Below the pieces are notes generated by a model. The model saw nothing but the letters and a program-made list of their open reading frames with translations, made no database searches and was not told where the DNA came from. A program made the position numbers and the translations under genes. From contig PBTQ01000053.1 in assembly GCA_002729125.1 (NCBI GenBank), forward strand, positions 1 to 59,658: a stretch of DNA of 59,658 nt. Direction: 5' to 3'. Source of the DNA: Acidimicrobiaceae bacterium (GTDB taxonomy: Bacteria > Actinomycetota > Acidimicrobiia > Acidimicrobiales > Aldehydirespiratoraceae). Shown piece after piece: positions 1 through 9,021 of the stretch. Position 1 is the stretch's first letter. Every line of letters starts with the position of its first letter.

Positions 1-400
1 AGTCCTTTTCGGCCGTGTCCTTTTCGGCCGTGTCCTTTTCGGCCGTGTCCTTTTCGGCCGTGTCCTTTTCGGCCGTGTCCTCTTCGGCCTCATAGTCGTC
101 GTGTGCAGAGCCGCTCTGGGATGCGTCGGCGTCATCGCTGCCCGACGCTTGCTCCTCGGTCTCTGATGTCGCTTGAGATCCACTGTCGCTGGTCTGGTCG
201 GCGTTGTCGGAATCGCTGGTCGATGCCGTCTCCTCGGCCTGGCTAGCGCTACTCGTCGTTTCATCGACCGCAGTGGTCGAATCAGCGTCGGACTCGACGA
301 CGGTTTGATCCGTGCTGCTGTCGCCGCAGGCGCCGGCAAGCATCGAGACGGCGAGCGCCACTGCGATGGTCGAGCAGATGGTGCGTGGGGTGGTGTTCAT
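1..400 (-). CDS. Lipoprotein with acidic Ser/Thr-rich linker and TAEKD repeats (partial; 3' end lies outside the window)
   Basis: Not in the ORF track because it runs off the edge. GGAGG SD, then ATG at 400: MNTTPRTICSTIAVALAVSMLAGA-CGDSSTDQTVESD... Lipobox LAGA-C; frame open to position 1. Confidence 0.8.
   Translation of the reverse strand, partial: MNTTPRTICSTIAVALAVSMLAGACGDSSTDQTVVESDADSTTAVDETTSSASQAEETASTSDSDNADQTSDSGSQATSETEEQASGSDDADASQSGSAHDDYEAEEDTAEKDTAEKDTAEKDTAEKDTAEKD
2..91. repeat. 15-bp tandem repeat GTCCTTTTCGGCCGT (5 perfect copies at 2-76 plus 1 variant), encoding TAEKD on the minus strand
   Basis: Read directly from the sequence; may continue beyond the window start. 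Confidence 0.95.
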
Positions 401-577
401 GGTGTCCTCCAATTGGTTGGTTGTGGTCGTCCTGATGACCACAACGTCGCTGGTGGACACAAATGTCGAAAAGGTTTTTGGCGGGCCCCGGTGGCCCGAA
501 AACGACCTCGGGCCGGAGACCGCTGGCTGAGGCAGCGACCTCCGACCCGAGCGTCGGTGTTCGAGAAGAACGATCGA

Positions 578-1300
578 TCAGACTGGGCTGCTGCTCCCGC
601 TCCGAGCCTTCGCGATCCCGAGGACCATCAGGCCGTACAGGCCCTTGGAGGTGATGTCAGCGACGGTATAGCCGACCTGACGCAGCGTCTCAAGCGTGCC
701 GGAGGTGTCGTCGAAGACGGGGAACAGGTACGCAATCGGATACACCAGCCAGGTGATCAGCAACACCATGGTGGCGTTCTTGATCGCAGCGGAGACGGCG
801 GGCGTCTCGCGTGCGGCTGCCGCCTGGAGCTGGCCGTAGAGGGTGTAAAGGATGTACACGAACGGGATCATGGCGAGGACCCAGAAGATCCACTTCGTGC
901 TGTTGGAGTCGGCGACTTCACCCGGGTAACCGAGGCCGATCATGAGGACGGTCGCAGGGACAAGCGTCTTCATGAGCTGCTTGCGCAGATCGGAAGCAAC
1001 GCCGAGCACGATGAGCAGCTCGATGACGAGCAACGGCACGGTGATGAGCCAGTCCGCATAGCGGTAGCCCTCGTTCATCTCGCCGTTAGAGAAGCCTTCC
1101 CAGATTCGGTAGTAGTGGTAGCCGGCGATACCGACAACCACGGCCGATGCCGCAACGGCGGGGCGGTATTCCTTGTTTACGGCACTCATCTGTGTCAGGA
1201 AGTAGACGAAGGCGCCGAGCATGACCGCCGTGCCGAACGACAAGGCGTTGTAGACCAGTTGGTGCTGGTCCTCGCTCAATAGGGCAATAGTTGAATCCAT
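578..1300 (-). CDS. Type-1 microbial rhodopsin, DTE-motif proton pump (xanthorhodopsin/actinobacterial-clade-like)
   Basis: 7 hydrophobic helices; helix C RYADWLITVPLLVIE (D-T-E); helix B His (GYHY); GYPGE; WLVYPIAY; helix G DITSK retinal lysine; AGAGGA SD. Confidence 0.95.
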   Translation of the reverse strand: MDSTIALLSEDQHQLVYNALSFGTAVMLGAFVYFLTQMSAVNKEYRPAVAASAVVVGIAGYHYYRIWEGFSNGEMNEGYRYADWLITVPLLVIELLIVLGVASDLRKQLMKTLVPATVLMIGLGYPGEVADSNSTKWIFWVLAMIPFVYILYTLYGQLQAAAARETPAVSAAIKNATMVLLITWLVYPIAYLFPVFDDTSGTLETLRQVGYTVADITSKGLYGLMVLGIAKARSGSSSPV

Positions 1301-1351
1301 GTTTTCCTCTGGTTCGATTTGATCGCATCTTTGGTGGCCGCATCACCAAGC

Positions 1352-1405
1352 CAAACAGTAGTGGCCTGTGACGGCCACCACACAAACAGTAGTGGCCTGT
1401 GACGG
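1352..1405. repeat. 23-bp direct repeat CAAACAGTAGTGGCCTGTGACGG x2 (1352-1374, 1383-1405) in the rhodopsin upstream region
   Basis: Exact duplication with 31-bp period; each copy contains TACTGT (-10-like) on the minus strand. Confidence 0.9.
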
Positions 1406-1562
1406 TCTAGATGCGCGGATGCCGATGTGTCGACCACGCAGCGTGACCTTCGTCCTTGCCAGCCATGGTCAGCAACGCACGGCCGGCGCAGCCACGGAGT
1501 CGCGCGGAGGGTGCTGTTTCGCCTGCGCAGCGATGCTCCCGGAGCGAGTTGATCAACCGTGT

Positions 1563-4500
1563 TCAGCCGAGGCTGTCGTAGCGAGAGAGGAACGCAGCGA
1601 ACTGGACTCGCGTCACCAGCTGATCGGGGGAGAACGTGGTCGCAGACGTTCCCGTCGTCACCGCGTTTTCGTACGCCCAGCGCACAGCCTCGGCGAAGTA
1701 GCGCGACAGGTTGACATCTTCGAAGGGATTCGGCCCATTCGACGGAGGTTGGCCGGCATACCGCCAGAGAAACGTGACTGCTTGCGCTCGAGTGACGGTT
1801 TGTCCGGTGCCGAATCGGGTCGGGCTTACTCCAGAAGTGATACCGGTGTTGTAGGCCCAGGTCACTGCGTTGGTGAAGTAGCGGTTGGCAGGAAGGTCGA
1901 CGAACGGCGTCGTCGGACCCGGCGAGGGCTCACCTGCGTATCGCCAAAGAAACGTGATCTGTTGCTCTCTCGTCATCCCGTCGTCAGGACAGAACTCACT
2001 CGGACTGCACCCGTTCGTAACGCCGGACTGCTGCATCCAGGAGACCGCTTCGTTCCGCCATCCAGCCGTCGAGACATCCGTGAAGCTATGGGGAGTGGTG
2101 ACCAAAAGCTGGGCGGCCTCTCCGTTTCCAAAGGCCGTGGTCGCATGCACCGAAATGGTGTACTTGGTGGCGGCGGTAAGACCGGCGAGCGTGCATGACG
2201 TTGTTGCCGTCACACATCCAGCGGTGGAGGGATTGGTCGAGACGGTGTACGAGACAATTGCGACGTCACCGTCGGCCTCTGGCGGCGTCCAGGAAACCGT
2301 GGCGACGGTTCCCTCCACGGTGGCGTTCAATGCGGTGGGGGGCGGCGGTGGGCTGGGTCGTTCGGCGGCCTGGATCGGTCCACCCCAGAGGGCACGAGTG
2401 CCACTCGAGGTTTCGATGCTGAGTTCGATCAGGTACGAGGCGCCGGGCACGACCCCCGGCAAGGTCACCGTAGGGGTCGTCGAGTCCGTGTCGATACGTA
2501 CCGAGTTCCACGCTGAACCCGTATGAGATTTGATCCAGTCGGTGTAGTTCGACACACGGGTGTACACCCCGGGGTACGCCGCCTGGGCGCAGCCGTAGCC
2601 CCAGCTGACGACGCCTGCGAGCGAGGAGGTTCCGTTGTCGTCGCCGAGCACCACCGGCCCACCGCTATCGCCCTGGCACGAGTCGGTGTTCGGTGCGGCT
2701 GCGCAGAACATCGCACTGTCGATGATCTCGCTGGTCGGGTACTGACCGCAGCCAGTGTCGACGAAGATGGTCGCAGCCTTGAGGCGGGCACTCGGCACGC
2801 CACCTGATGAGGTCGTTCCCCAGCCGGCGACCGTTAGGGCCTGATTCGCGGCAAGGCCGGTGCCGGTCGCCGGATCGTGGAGGGCAATCGGGGTCGCAGC
2901 TTCGAGATCGACCGGCGTTGCCAGTCGAGCGACGGCGATGTCGTTTTCGAGGGTCGAGGAGTTGTACGCAGGGTGCAGATGAACGAGGTCGATCTCGGTG
3001 AGGTGACCCGATTGCTCCTCGACTGGCAGTTGGTATGCGTCGGACCAGTGCTCGAGTCCGTAGATGACGTCGTCGCCAAGGGAGGGAGCGCAGTGGGCAG
3101 CAGTGACGATCCATTGAGGCGCGATGATGGCCGCTCCGCATCCGGAGATCTTTGCGATGTGACGGGTTGCGTCGATCCCCGGGAAGTAGCCACCGACGAT
3201 CTGCCCGTCGTTGTCGTCGACCGAGGTTGAGACGATCGGCTGGTACGTAATTTCGTAGGCCGTGACCTCGGCGCCGTCGATGGAGGTCGTCCACGTGAGT
3301 TCGCCGTTGTCGGTGAGCGCGAGATCGTCCACGGAGACGGCGAACGGTGTAGTCACCGGCGACAGGGCAGAGGCGTTGCTGGTTCCGGCCGCGTTGCTCG
3401 CCGAGACTGTGAACGTGTACGGCGTGCCGTTGATGAGATCACTGATCTCGCAGGCGTACGGCCCGTCGGTCCATGTGCAGGTCGGCCCGTCGCCGACCGT
3501 GGCCACCGTGAACGACGTCGCAGGGTTGGCCTCGGGCGAGGCAGGACTCCACGAGATGGTGACGGACTGATCGCCCGCTTCTGCGGCGATGTCAATCGGT
3601 GCCGCTGGGGGAAGAAGCGGCGTCGTGACGACGATCTCTCCGGGCGCTGCGGCCGTGGTGAAGCCGTCGCCGATCATCACCAATCGGCTGAGGGATGTCG
3701 TCGCAGCATCGAGGAGCGCATCGTGGGTGATCGTGGCGGCTCCGTCGGCGAGCGCAACGTCGGTGACGAGCGGTGCCGCACCCGCCTCGTCGAGCAGGGT
3801 GAGCCCGACACAGTGGACGGCTCCGGTGTCGGCAGAGGCATCGTCGCGAATGTGAAGCTCCCACGTTCCCTGCGCGGATTCACCGTCGAATGCGGAAAGT
3901 GCTTGTTCGGGGCGCCACGATCCGCTGAAGGGCGCAATGCCTGACGAGATCGAGCGTTCGGCGTTATCGGTGAACTGGGTTGGCGATCCGGTGCAGTCGT
4001 CGGTGCCAGTGCCGAAATCGTTGCCGTAACTCCCGCGGCGCTCCACGAGGACGACCTCGGTGCCGGATGGCGAGATGAGGCGAACGGTCAGGTCTTGAAG
4101 GTAGGTGTGATCTGCCCGAAGACTGACGGTGAGATCGTCCACCGTCGTGTCGTCATCGATGTCGATCGGCACGACCGTGGTTGAGTGATCGCTGATGGTG
4201 CCGTTGCTCACGTCCTGGTTGACGCCGGTGAGTGGTGCGAGCGCGAGCACAGCGGTCGAGTCGGGCGATCCGTTCCAGGTCCATTCGACGGCGAGTGATT
4301 CGCCGGAAACGGCGGTTACGTCGTCGTTCGGACGGGTGAGTTCGACGGTCGGATCGAGAACGTTGAGTGCCAGTTGGGCACGGCCGAGGCGGTTGTTGGC
4401 GTCGGTGGCCTCGGCGATGATTAGCACCGATCCGGCCTCTTCGAGGGTCGTGGTCAGCGACGGCCCGGTGCCGAGGAGGGCTCCCGACTGGTTGCTCCAG

Positions 4501-5987
4501 GTGACCGTTGAGGAAAGGTCGGTTCCGTCGGAAGTGGTCGCGGCTGCTGTCAGTGACAGCTGAGTGCCGACCATCACGGTCGTCTCTGCGGGTTGGCCGC
4601 TGAGTGTCACGGTTGGACCGTCGCCGGTGAGTTGGAGCGCCTTTTCTGCATCGAGTGCCGACCCGGAGCGAACCGACTCGAAGGCCGCGTCTGGTCGACC
4701 GGCCTGCAGCACAATGTCGATCATCTCCGATGGTGATAGTTCAGGGGCCGCTCCCAAGAGCAGTGCAGCGACCCCTGCGGCGTGCGGGGCGGCCATCGAC
4801 GTGCCGCTGATCGAGTTGTATCCGGAGCCTGGCCACGTCGAACGAATCGAGACGCCCGGTGCTGAGATATCTACGGCAGTCGTTCCGTAGTTGCTGAAGC
4901 CGGCCAGCGAGCCGGACGAATTGTGGGCCGCCACACTCAGGATGTTCGTTGCGTTGTACGCCGCCGGATATTGCGGGGAGGAATCGATATCGAGTCCGGA
5001 GTTTCCAGCGGCAGCGACGAAGAGATGGGTGTTGGCGTTCGAGGCGATGAGCGACGAAAGCGCCGTGTTGAAGCCGCCTCCGCCCCAGGAGTTGTTGGAG
5101 ATCGGCGCGCCGTTATCGATGGCGTACTCGAGCGCAGCAAGGGCGGCAGAGGTGTAGCCAGATCCGTCGGCATTGAGAAAGCGCAGGGCCATGACGCGGG
5201 CGTTGTCAGCGACCCCGGCGACTCCGATGCCGTTGTCGCGAACGGCGGCGATGGTTCCGGCGACATGGGTGCCGTGCCCGTTGTCGTCGTTCGGGGTGGC
5301 ATCGTTTTCCACGAAGTCCCAGCCGTGGATGTCGTCGACGAAGCCGTTGTTGTCATCGTCGATACCGTTTCCGGCAATCTCACCAGGGTTTGTCCAGATG
5401 TTGTCGGCAAGGTCGGGGTGGTCGGTGTCGACGCCACTGTCGATCACTGCGACGACAACGGGAGCACCAGTGCCAGCGAGATCCCAGGCGGCGGTTGCGT
5501 TGATGCCGTGAGTGTCGAAGAGTCCCCAGAGCGAGCCTGCCTCGAGATCATTGCTCGTGGAGACTTGAACGGTGGTGTCGAGCGCAACCTGATGGACTGC
5601 AGGATGCGCTTCGAGCGTTTCCTGAGTTTTGTTGAGGTCGGCTCGTGTCTCGAGCAGGTAGATGTCGCTCTCGCCGAAGCGCCTGACGAGCGCTGCGTGG
5701 GCGAGTTCGAGGAGATTGTCGACATCGGCGTGGTTGGCGTCGGACTCGAACTCGACGAGGAGTGCGTACGGGTTGTAACCGACGTCCGAGCCGTATTCGA
5801 GCACGACATGCGCAAGTTGGTCGGCGTAGCGCCCCGAGCCGTTGAGCGAGAGCGTGTCGTCGTTCGCCGGCTCCGTCGCCGCCACGCTTACGGTCGGGGC
5901 CACAGCAACGAAGGAGAGTGCGAATGCGGCCGCTGACGCAGTGAAGAAGCCGAGTCGAAGGCGAGTGTTCTTGTGACTTCGCCGCAT
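1563..5987 (-). CDS. Secreted multidomain protease: S8 subtilisin + P-domain + FN3 + S1 trypsin-like + FN3 + 3 SLH domains
   Basis: Signal peptide after ATG 5987 (AGGAGG upstream). S8 triad VIDSG/HGTHVAG/GTSMAAP; P-domain HTYLQDLTVRLISPSG...GTWELHIRD; S1 IVGG/TAAHC/NDIAV/CQGDSGGP; SLH repeats F.DV...EAV.W....G.T.G...F.P...TR. Confidence 0.92.
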   Translation of the reverse strand: MRRSHKNTRLRLGFFTASAAAFALSFVAVAPTVSVAATEPANDDTLSLNGSGRYADQLAHVVLEYGSDVGYNPYALLVEFESDANHADVDNLLELAHAALVRRFGESDIYLLETRADLNKTQETLEAHPAVHQVALDTTVQVSTSNDLEAGSLWGLFDTHGINATAAWDLAGTGAPVVVAVIDSGVDTDHPDLADNIWTNPGEIAGNGIDDDNNGFVDDIHGWDFVENDATPNDDNGHGTHVAGTIAAVRDNGIGVAGVADNARVMALRFLNADGSGYTSAALAALEYAIDNGAPISNNSWGGGGFNTALSSLIASNANTHLFVAAAGNSGLDIDSSPQYPAAYNATNILSVAAHNSSGSLAGFSNYGTTAVDISAPGVSIRSTWPGSGYNSISGTSMAAPHAAGVAALLLGAAPELSPSEMIDIVLQAGRPDAAFESVRSGSALDAEKALQLTGDGPTVTLSGQPAETTVMVGTQLSLTAAATTSDGTDLSSTVTWSNQSGALLGTGPSLTTTLEEAGSVLIIAEATDANNRLGRAQLALNVLDPTVELTRPNDDVTAVSGESLAVEWTWNGSPDSTAVLALAPLTGVNQDVSNGTISDHSTTVVPIDIDDDTTVDDLTVSLRADHTYLQDLTVRLISPSGTEVVLVERRGSYGNDFGTGTDDCTGSPTQFTDNAERSISSGIAPFSGSWRPEQALSAFDGESAQGTWELHIRDDASADTGAVHCVGLTLLDEAGAAPLVTDVALADGAATITHDALLDAATTSLSRLVMIGDGFTTAAAPGEIVVTTPLLPPAAPIDIAAEAGDQSVTISWSPASPEANPATSFTVATVGDGPTCTWTDGPYACEISDLINGTPYTFTVSASNAAGTSNASALSPVTTPFAVSVDDLALTDNGELTWTTSIDGAEVTAYEITYQPIVSTSVDDNDGQIVGGYFPGIDATRHIAKISGCGAAIIAPQWIVTAAHCAPSLGDDVIYGLEHWSDAYQLPVEEQSGHLTEIDLVHLHPAYNSSTLENDIAVARLATPVDLEAATPIALHDPATGTGLAANQALTVAGWGTTSSGGVPSARLKAATIFVDTGCGQYPTSEIIDSAMFCAAAPNTDSCQGDSGGPVVLGDDNGTSSLAGVVSWGYGCAQAAYPGVYTRVSNYTDWIKSHTGSAWNSVRIDTDSTTPTVTLPGVVPGASYLIELSIETSSGTRALWGGPIQAAERPSPPPPPTALNATVEGTVATVSWTPPEADGDVAIVSYTVSTNPSTAGCVTATTSCTLAGLTAATKYTISVHATTAFGNGEAAQLLVTTPHSFTDVSTAGWRNEAVSWMQQSGVTNGCSPSEFCPDDGMTREQQITFLWRYAGEPSPGPTTPFVDLPANRYFTNAVTWAYNTGITSGVSPTRFGTGQTVTRAQAVTFLWRYAGQPPSNGPNPFEDVNLSRYFAEAVRWAYENAVTTGTSATTFSPDQLVTRVQFAAFLSRYDSLG

Positions 5988-6121
5988 GATGACCCGAGCT
6001 CCTCCTTCCTGGTCGCCAACCATTGGCAGGACATAATCGTCGATGTGACGAAAATGCTAGTCCGCTCACGCTGCGTAGTGGCCGCGAGCGCGCTGCGCCG
6101 CCGTAGCCGAGCGTTAGGTCG

Positions 6122-7264
6122 CTAGTGGTCGGTGCGAGTGTGTCGCAGTTGGCGGGCGTGGCGTTGGAGCGCCAGCCCGACAAGGCGATCGATCAACAAC
6201 GCATAGTCGAGACCGCTGGCCTGCCACATCTTGGGGTACATCGAGATCGGCGTGAACCCCGGCATGGTGTTGATCTCGTTGATCAGCCAGCCTCGGGAGT
6301 GAGCGGTGTTGCGGGACCCGTCCTCGAAGAAAAAATCGACGCGGGCCAGCCCCTCAACCCTGCAGGCGCGGTAGGCGCCGATCGCAAGGCGCTGGAGCTC
6401 CGCCAGTTCGTCGCCGGTCAAGGGTGCCGGGATGAGGAGATCGGCGCCGTCGTCGTACTTGTCGGCATAGTCGTAGAAGTCGGCGCCCGGCACGATCTCG
6501 CCGGCGACACTCGCCTCGGGATCCTCGTTTCCGAGCACGGCGATCTCGATCTCGCGGCCGACGACCTCTTCCTCAAAGATGACTTCACGGTCATAGGTCG
6601 CCGCCAACTCAATCGCTGCTGCGACCTCGTCGGCGGTCGTGGCCCGCGAGACGCCGACCGACGACCCCATGTTGGCGGGCTTCACGAACATCGGGAGACC
6701 AAGTTCGTCGATTGCGGCATCGATCTCGGCGAGGAGTTGTACCCGGCTGCCGTCGGGGCGGCGAATGATGTCGTCGTCGACCGTGATCCATCGATATGCG
6801 CACTGCGGGAGTCCGTGGCTGGCGAGATGGTCCTTGCAGGCGACCTTGTCCATGCAGAGCGCCGAGGCGAGGACACCCGCGCCGACGTAGGGCACCCCGG
6901 CGAGTTCGAGCAGACCTTGCACGGTGCCGTCCTCGCCCATCGGTCCGTGCAAGACGGGCAGAACGACGGTGGGGGCCGACCCGGAGTCGGCGAGCATTGG
7001 TAAGGGCTGGACCTCGGGGCCGAGCGCTTCGAGACGACCAGGCATCGAGTCGTCGCCTCCCTCGAGCGCCGTCCGTGCCTGTTCCACCTGGACCCACCGG
7101 CCGTCGCGGGTGATCCCGATTGGCTCGACCTCGTAGCGGCCGGGGTCGACGGCGGCGAGGACATGGCGAGTGGACACGCACGATACGTCGTGTTCGGCGG
7201 AACGCCCACCGAAGAGAACGACGAGTCGGATGCGCTCGGGCGTGTCGGAATCGGGGGCGGTCAC
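6122..7264 (-). CDS. ddl: D-alanine--D-alanine ligase
   Basis: GGRSAEHDVS, LHGPMGEDG, KPANMGSSVG, NEINTMPGFT motifs. Confidence 0.96.
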   Translation of the reverse strand: MTAPDSDTPERIRLVVLFGGRSAEHDVSCVSTRHVLAAVDPGRYEVEPIGITRDGRWVQVEQARTALEGGDDSMPGRLEALGPEVQPLPMLADSGSAPTVVLPVLHGPMGEDGTVQGLLELAGVPYVGAGVLASALCMDKVACKDHLASHGLPQCAYRWITVDDDIIRRPDGSRVQLLAEIDAAIDELGLPMFVKPANMGSSVGVSRATTADEVAAAIELAATYDREVIFEEEVVGREIEIAVLGNEDPEASVAGEIVPGADFYDYADKYDDGADLLIPAPLTGDELAELQRLAIGAYRACRVEGLARVDFFFEDGSRNTAHSRGWLINEINTMPGFTPISMYPKMWQASGLDYALLIDRLVGLALQRHARQLRHTRTDH

Positions 7265-7296
7265 AGCGTCGACCGTAGTCGTGCCACACTCCCGTT

Positions 7297-8619
7297 ATGC
7301 GTTGGACCACCGCCGAGATCGCATCGGCTGTCGGTGGCCGCCTCGTCGGTCGCAATGTTGCCGTCGATCGCGTCACCCAGGACTCCCGTGAGATCGACCC
7401 ATCCTCCGGTTCGTGGCTTTTTGTTCCTCTTGTTGCCGAACGCGATGGTCATGACTTCGTACCAACCGCGGTTGGCGCCGGTGCGGCTGCGACCTTCGCC
7501 GCTCGACCGGTCGATGCCAGCGACGCCGTCGTGATCGAGGTGGCATCGACTGATGAGGCCCTGACTGCGCTCGGCGCCGCTGCCCGTGATCGTCTCGGTG
7601 ACGCTGCCGTCATCGGGATCACTGGGTCGGTCGGCAAGACGACAACGAAAGATCTTCTCGCGGCCGTCCTTCGTCGTGACCGGACCACGCACGCCAACCT
7701 TCGCTCGTTCAACAACGAGATTGGGGTTCCCTTGACCCTGCTTAGCGCTCCCGACGACAGTCGCGCTGTTGTGCTCGAAATGGGTGCCCGCGGTGTCGGG
7801 CACATCGCCACCCTGTGCCGGCCTGCTCGGCCGACGGTCGGCATCGTTACGACCGTCGGGAAGGCTCACACCAGCGAGTTCGGCAGCGTGGAGGCCGTCG
7901 CCCTCGGCAAGGGCGAACTCGTGGAGTCGCTCCCCGCCGAGGGCTTCGCCGTGCTGAACGCCGATAACCCCTACATCAAATCGATGGCCGACCGCACGGA
8001 AGCCACGGTGGTCACCTTCGGCGATGCCGGTGAGGTGCGGGCCGAATCGGTCACCATCGCCGAGGATCTGATCCCGTCGTTCCGGTTGGTATCGCCCTGG
8101 GGCGACGTCAACGTCCGGTTGGGAGTGCAGGGCGACCATCTCATCCCGAACGCGCTCGCCGCGGCTGCAGCGGCGCTGTCATTGGGCGTCTCGCTCGAGC
8201 GTCTTGCCGCTGGCCTCGAAGAACCTGACCGGTCACCAATGCGGATGGCGATGAAGACTGCGCCGTCTGGTGCTCGCATCATCGACGACACCTACAACGC
8301 CAATCCGTTGTCGGTTGCGGGCGCGATCGAGGCGCTCGCCGCCGTGTCGGCCGGCCGCAAGGTTGCCGTGCTCGGTGTGATGGCCGAACTCGGCGAGTCG
8401 AGTCGCACCGACCACGAGCGCATGGTGGCGCTCGCCGCGGAGCACGGCATCTCGGTGATTGCTGTCGATGCTCCCGAGTATGGCAGTAGCGCCCTCCACT
8501 TGGCCGACATCGACGAAGCGGAGGCGGCACTCGGCGCACTCGACATCGCGACCGCTGTCCTCGTGAAGGGTTCTCGGGTTGCGGCGCTCGAGCGTCTTGT
8601 TGCCAGGTTGCTCGGCTAG
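7297..8619 (+). CDS. murF: UDP-N-acetylmuramoyl-tripeptide--D-Ala-D-Ala ligase
   Basis: DGHDF, ITGSVGKTTTK, NNEIGVPLT, DDTYNANP, LVKGSR. Confidence 0.95.
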   Translation: MRWTTAEIASAVGGRLVGRNVAVDRVTQDSREIDPSSGSWLFVPLVAERDGHDFVPTAVGAGAAATFAARPVDASDAVVIEVASTDEALTALGAAARDRLGDAAVIGITGSVGKTTTKDLLAAVLRRDRTTHANLRSFNNEIGVPLTLLSAPDDSRAVVLEMGARGVGHIATLCRPARPTVGIVTTVGKAHTSEFGSVEAVALGKGELVESLPAEGFAVLNADNPYIKSMADRTEATVVTFGDAGEVRAESVTIAEDLIPSFRLVSPWGDVNVRLGVQGDHLIPNALAAAAAALSLGVSLERLAAGLEEPDRSPMRMAMKTAPSGARIIDDTYNANPLSVAGAIEALAAVSAGRKVAVLGVMAELGESSRTDHERMVALAAEHGISVIAVDAPEYGSSALHLADIDEAEAALGALDIATAVLVKGSRVAALERLVARLLG

Positions 8620-8936
8620 CGGGGATCGACCGGGAGATCGTCGGGTGGCAGCGGGACATTGCTGTCGAGCCAGCGCCGCAATTTCTCGGCATCACAGTCG
8701 GGACAGAGCCAGACGACCTTCATGCCCTGGATGGAGAGTTGCGTGCCTCGGCTCTTGTCGAGGATCGCTTGCAGCGCATCTCGGAGGTCGGTGCGTCCGC
8801 ACGTGTCGCACTGAGGGGTGAGGTCGCGGGCCCAGACCGTCCCGCAGGTCCCGCAGGTGATCTCGATCGTGCCATCAACGTCGCGACCGTCGAGATCCTC
8901 GTCCTCGTCACAGGTGGGGCACACGACCAGCGGCAT
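8616..8936 (-). CDS. Small hypothetical zinc-ribbon protein (four CxxC pairs)
   Basis: CPTC, CGTC, CDTC, CPDC; TACCGT -10-like hexamer 7 nt before ATG; stop overlaps the murF stop. Confidence 0.75.
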   Translation of the reverse strand: MPLVVCPTCDEDEDLDGRDVDGTIEITCGTCGTVWARDLTPQCDTCGRTDLRDALQAILDKSRGTQLSIQGMKVVWLCPDCDAEKLRRWLDSNVPLPPDDLPVDPR

Positions 8937-9021
8937 CGCCCCGACGGTACCGTCTGGTTCCCGGCCTCAGTGTCCTGTCGAGCGTTGCACAGCGTCGACT
9001 CGAATTGCCTAGGGTCCGGGC

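Noticed and set aside
2-91. 15-bp repeats as a CRISPR array
   Set aside because: No spacers, unit too short, in-frame within a lipoprotein CDS, and no cas genes.
173-1282. Long + strand ORF (369 aa), and similar antisense ORFs such as 13244-14521, 18472-20127 and 47267-48523
   Set aside because: Shadow ORFs opposite well-supported genes, expected in high-GC DNA; no recognisable motifs.
1352-1405. 23-bp direct repeat as a mini-CRISPR or att site
   Set aside because: Only two copies with an 8-bp gap; no cas or integrase nearby.
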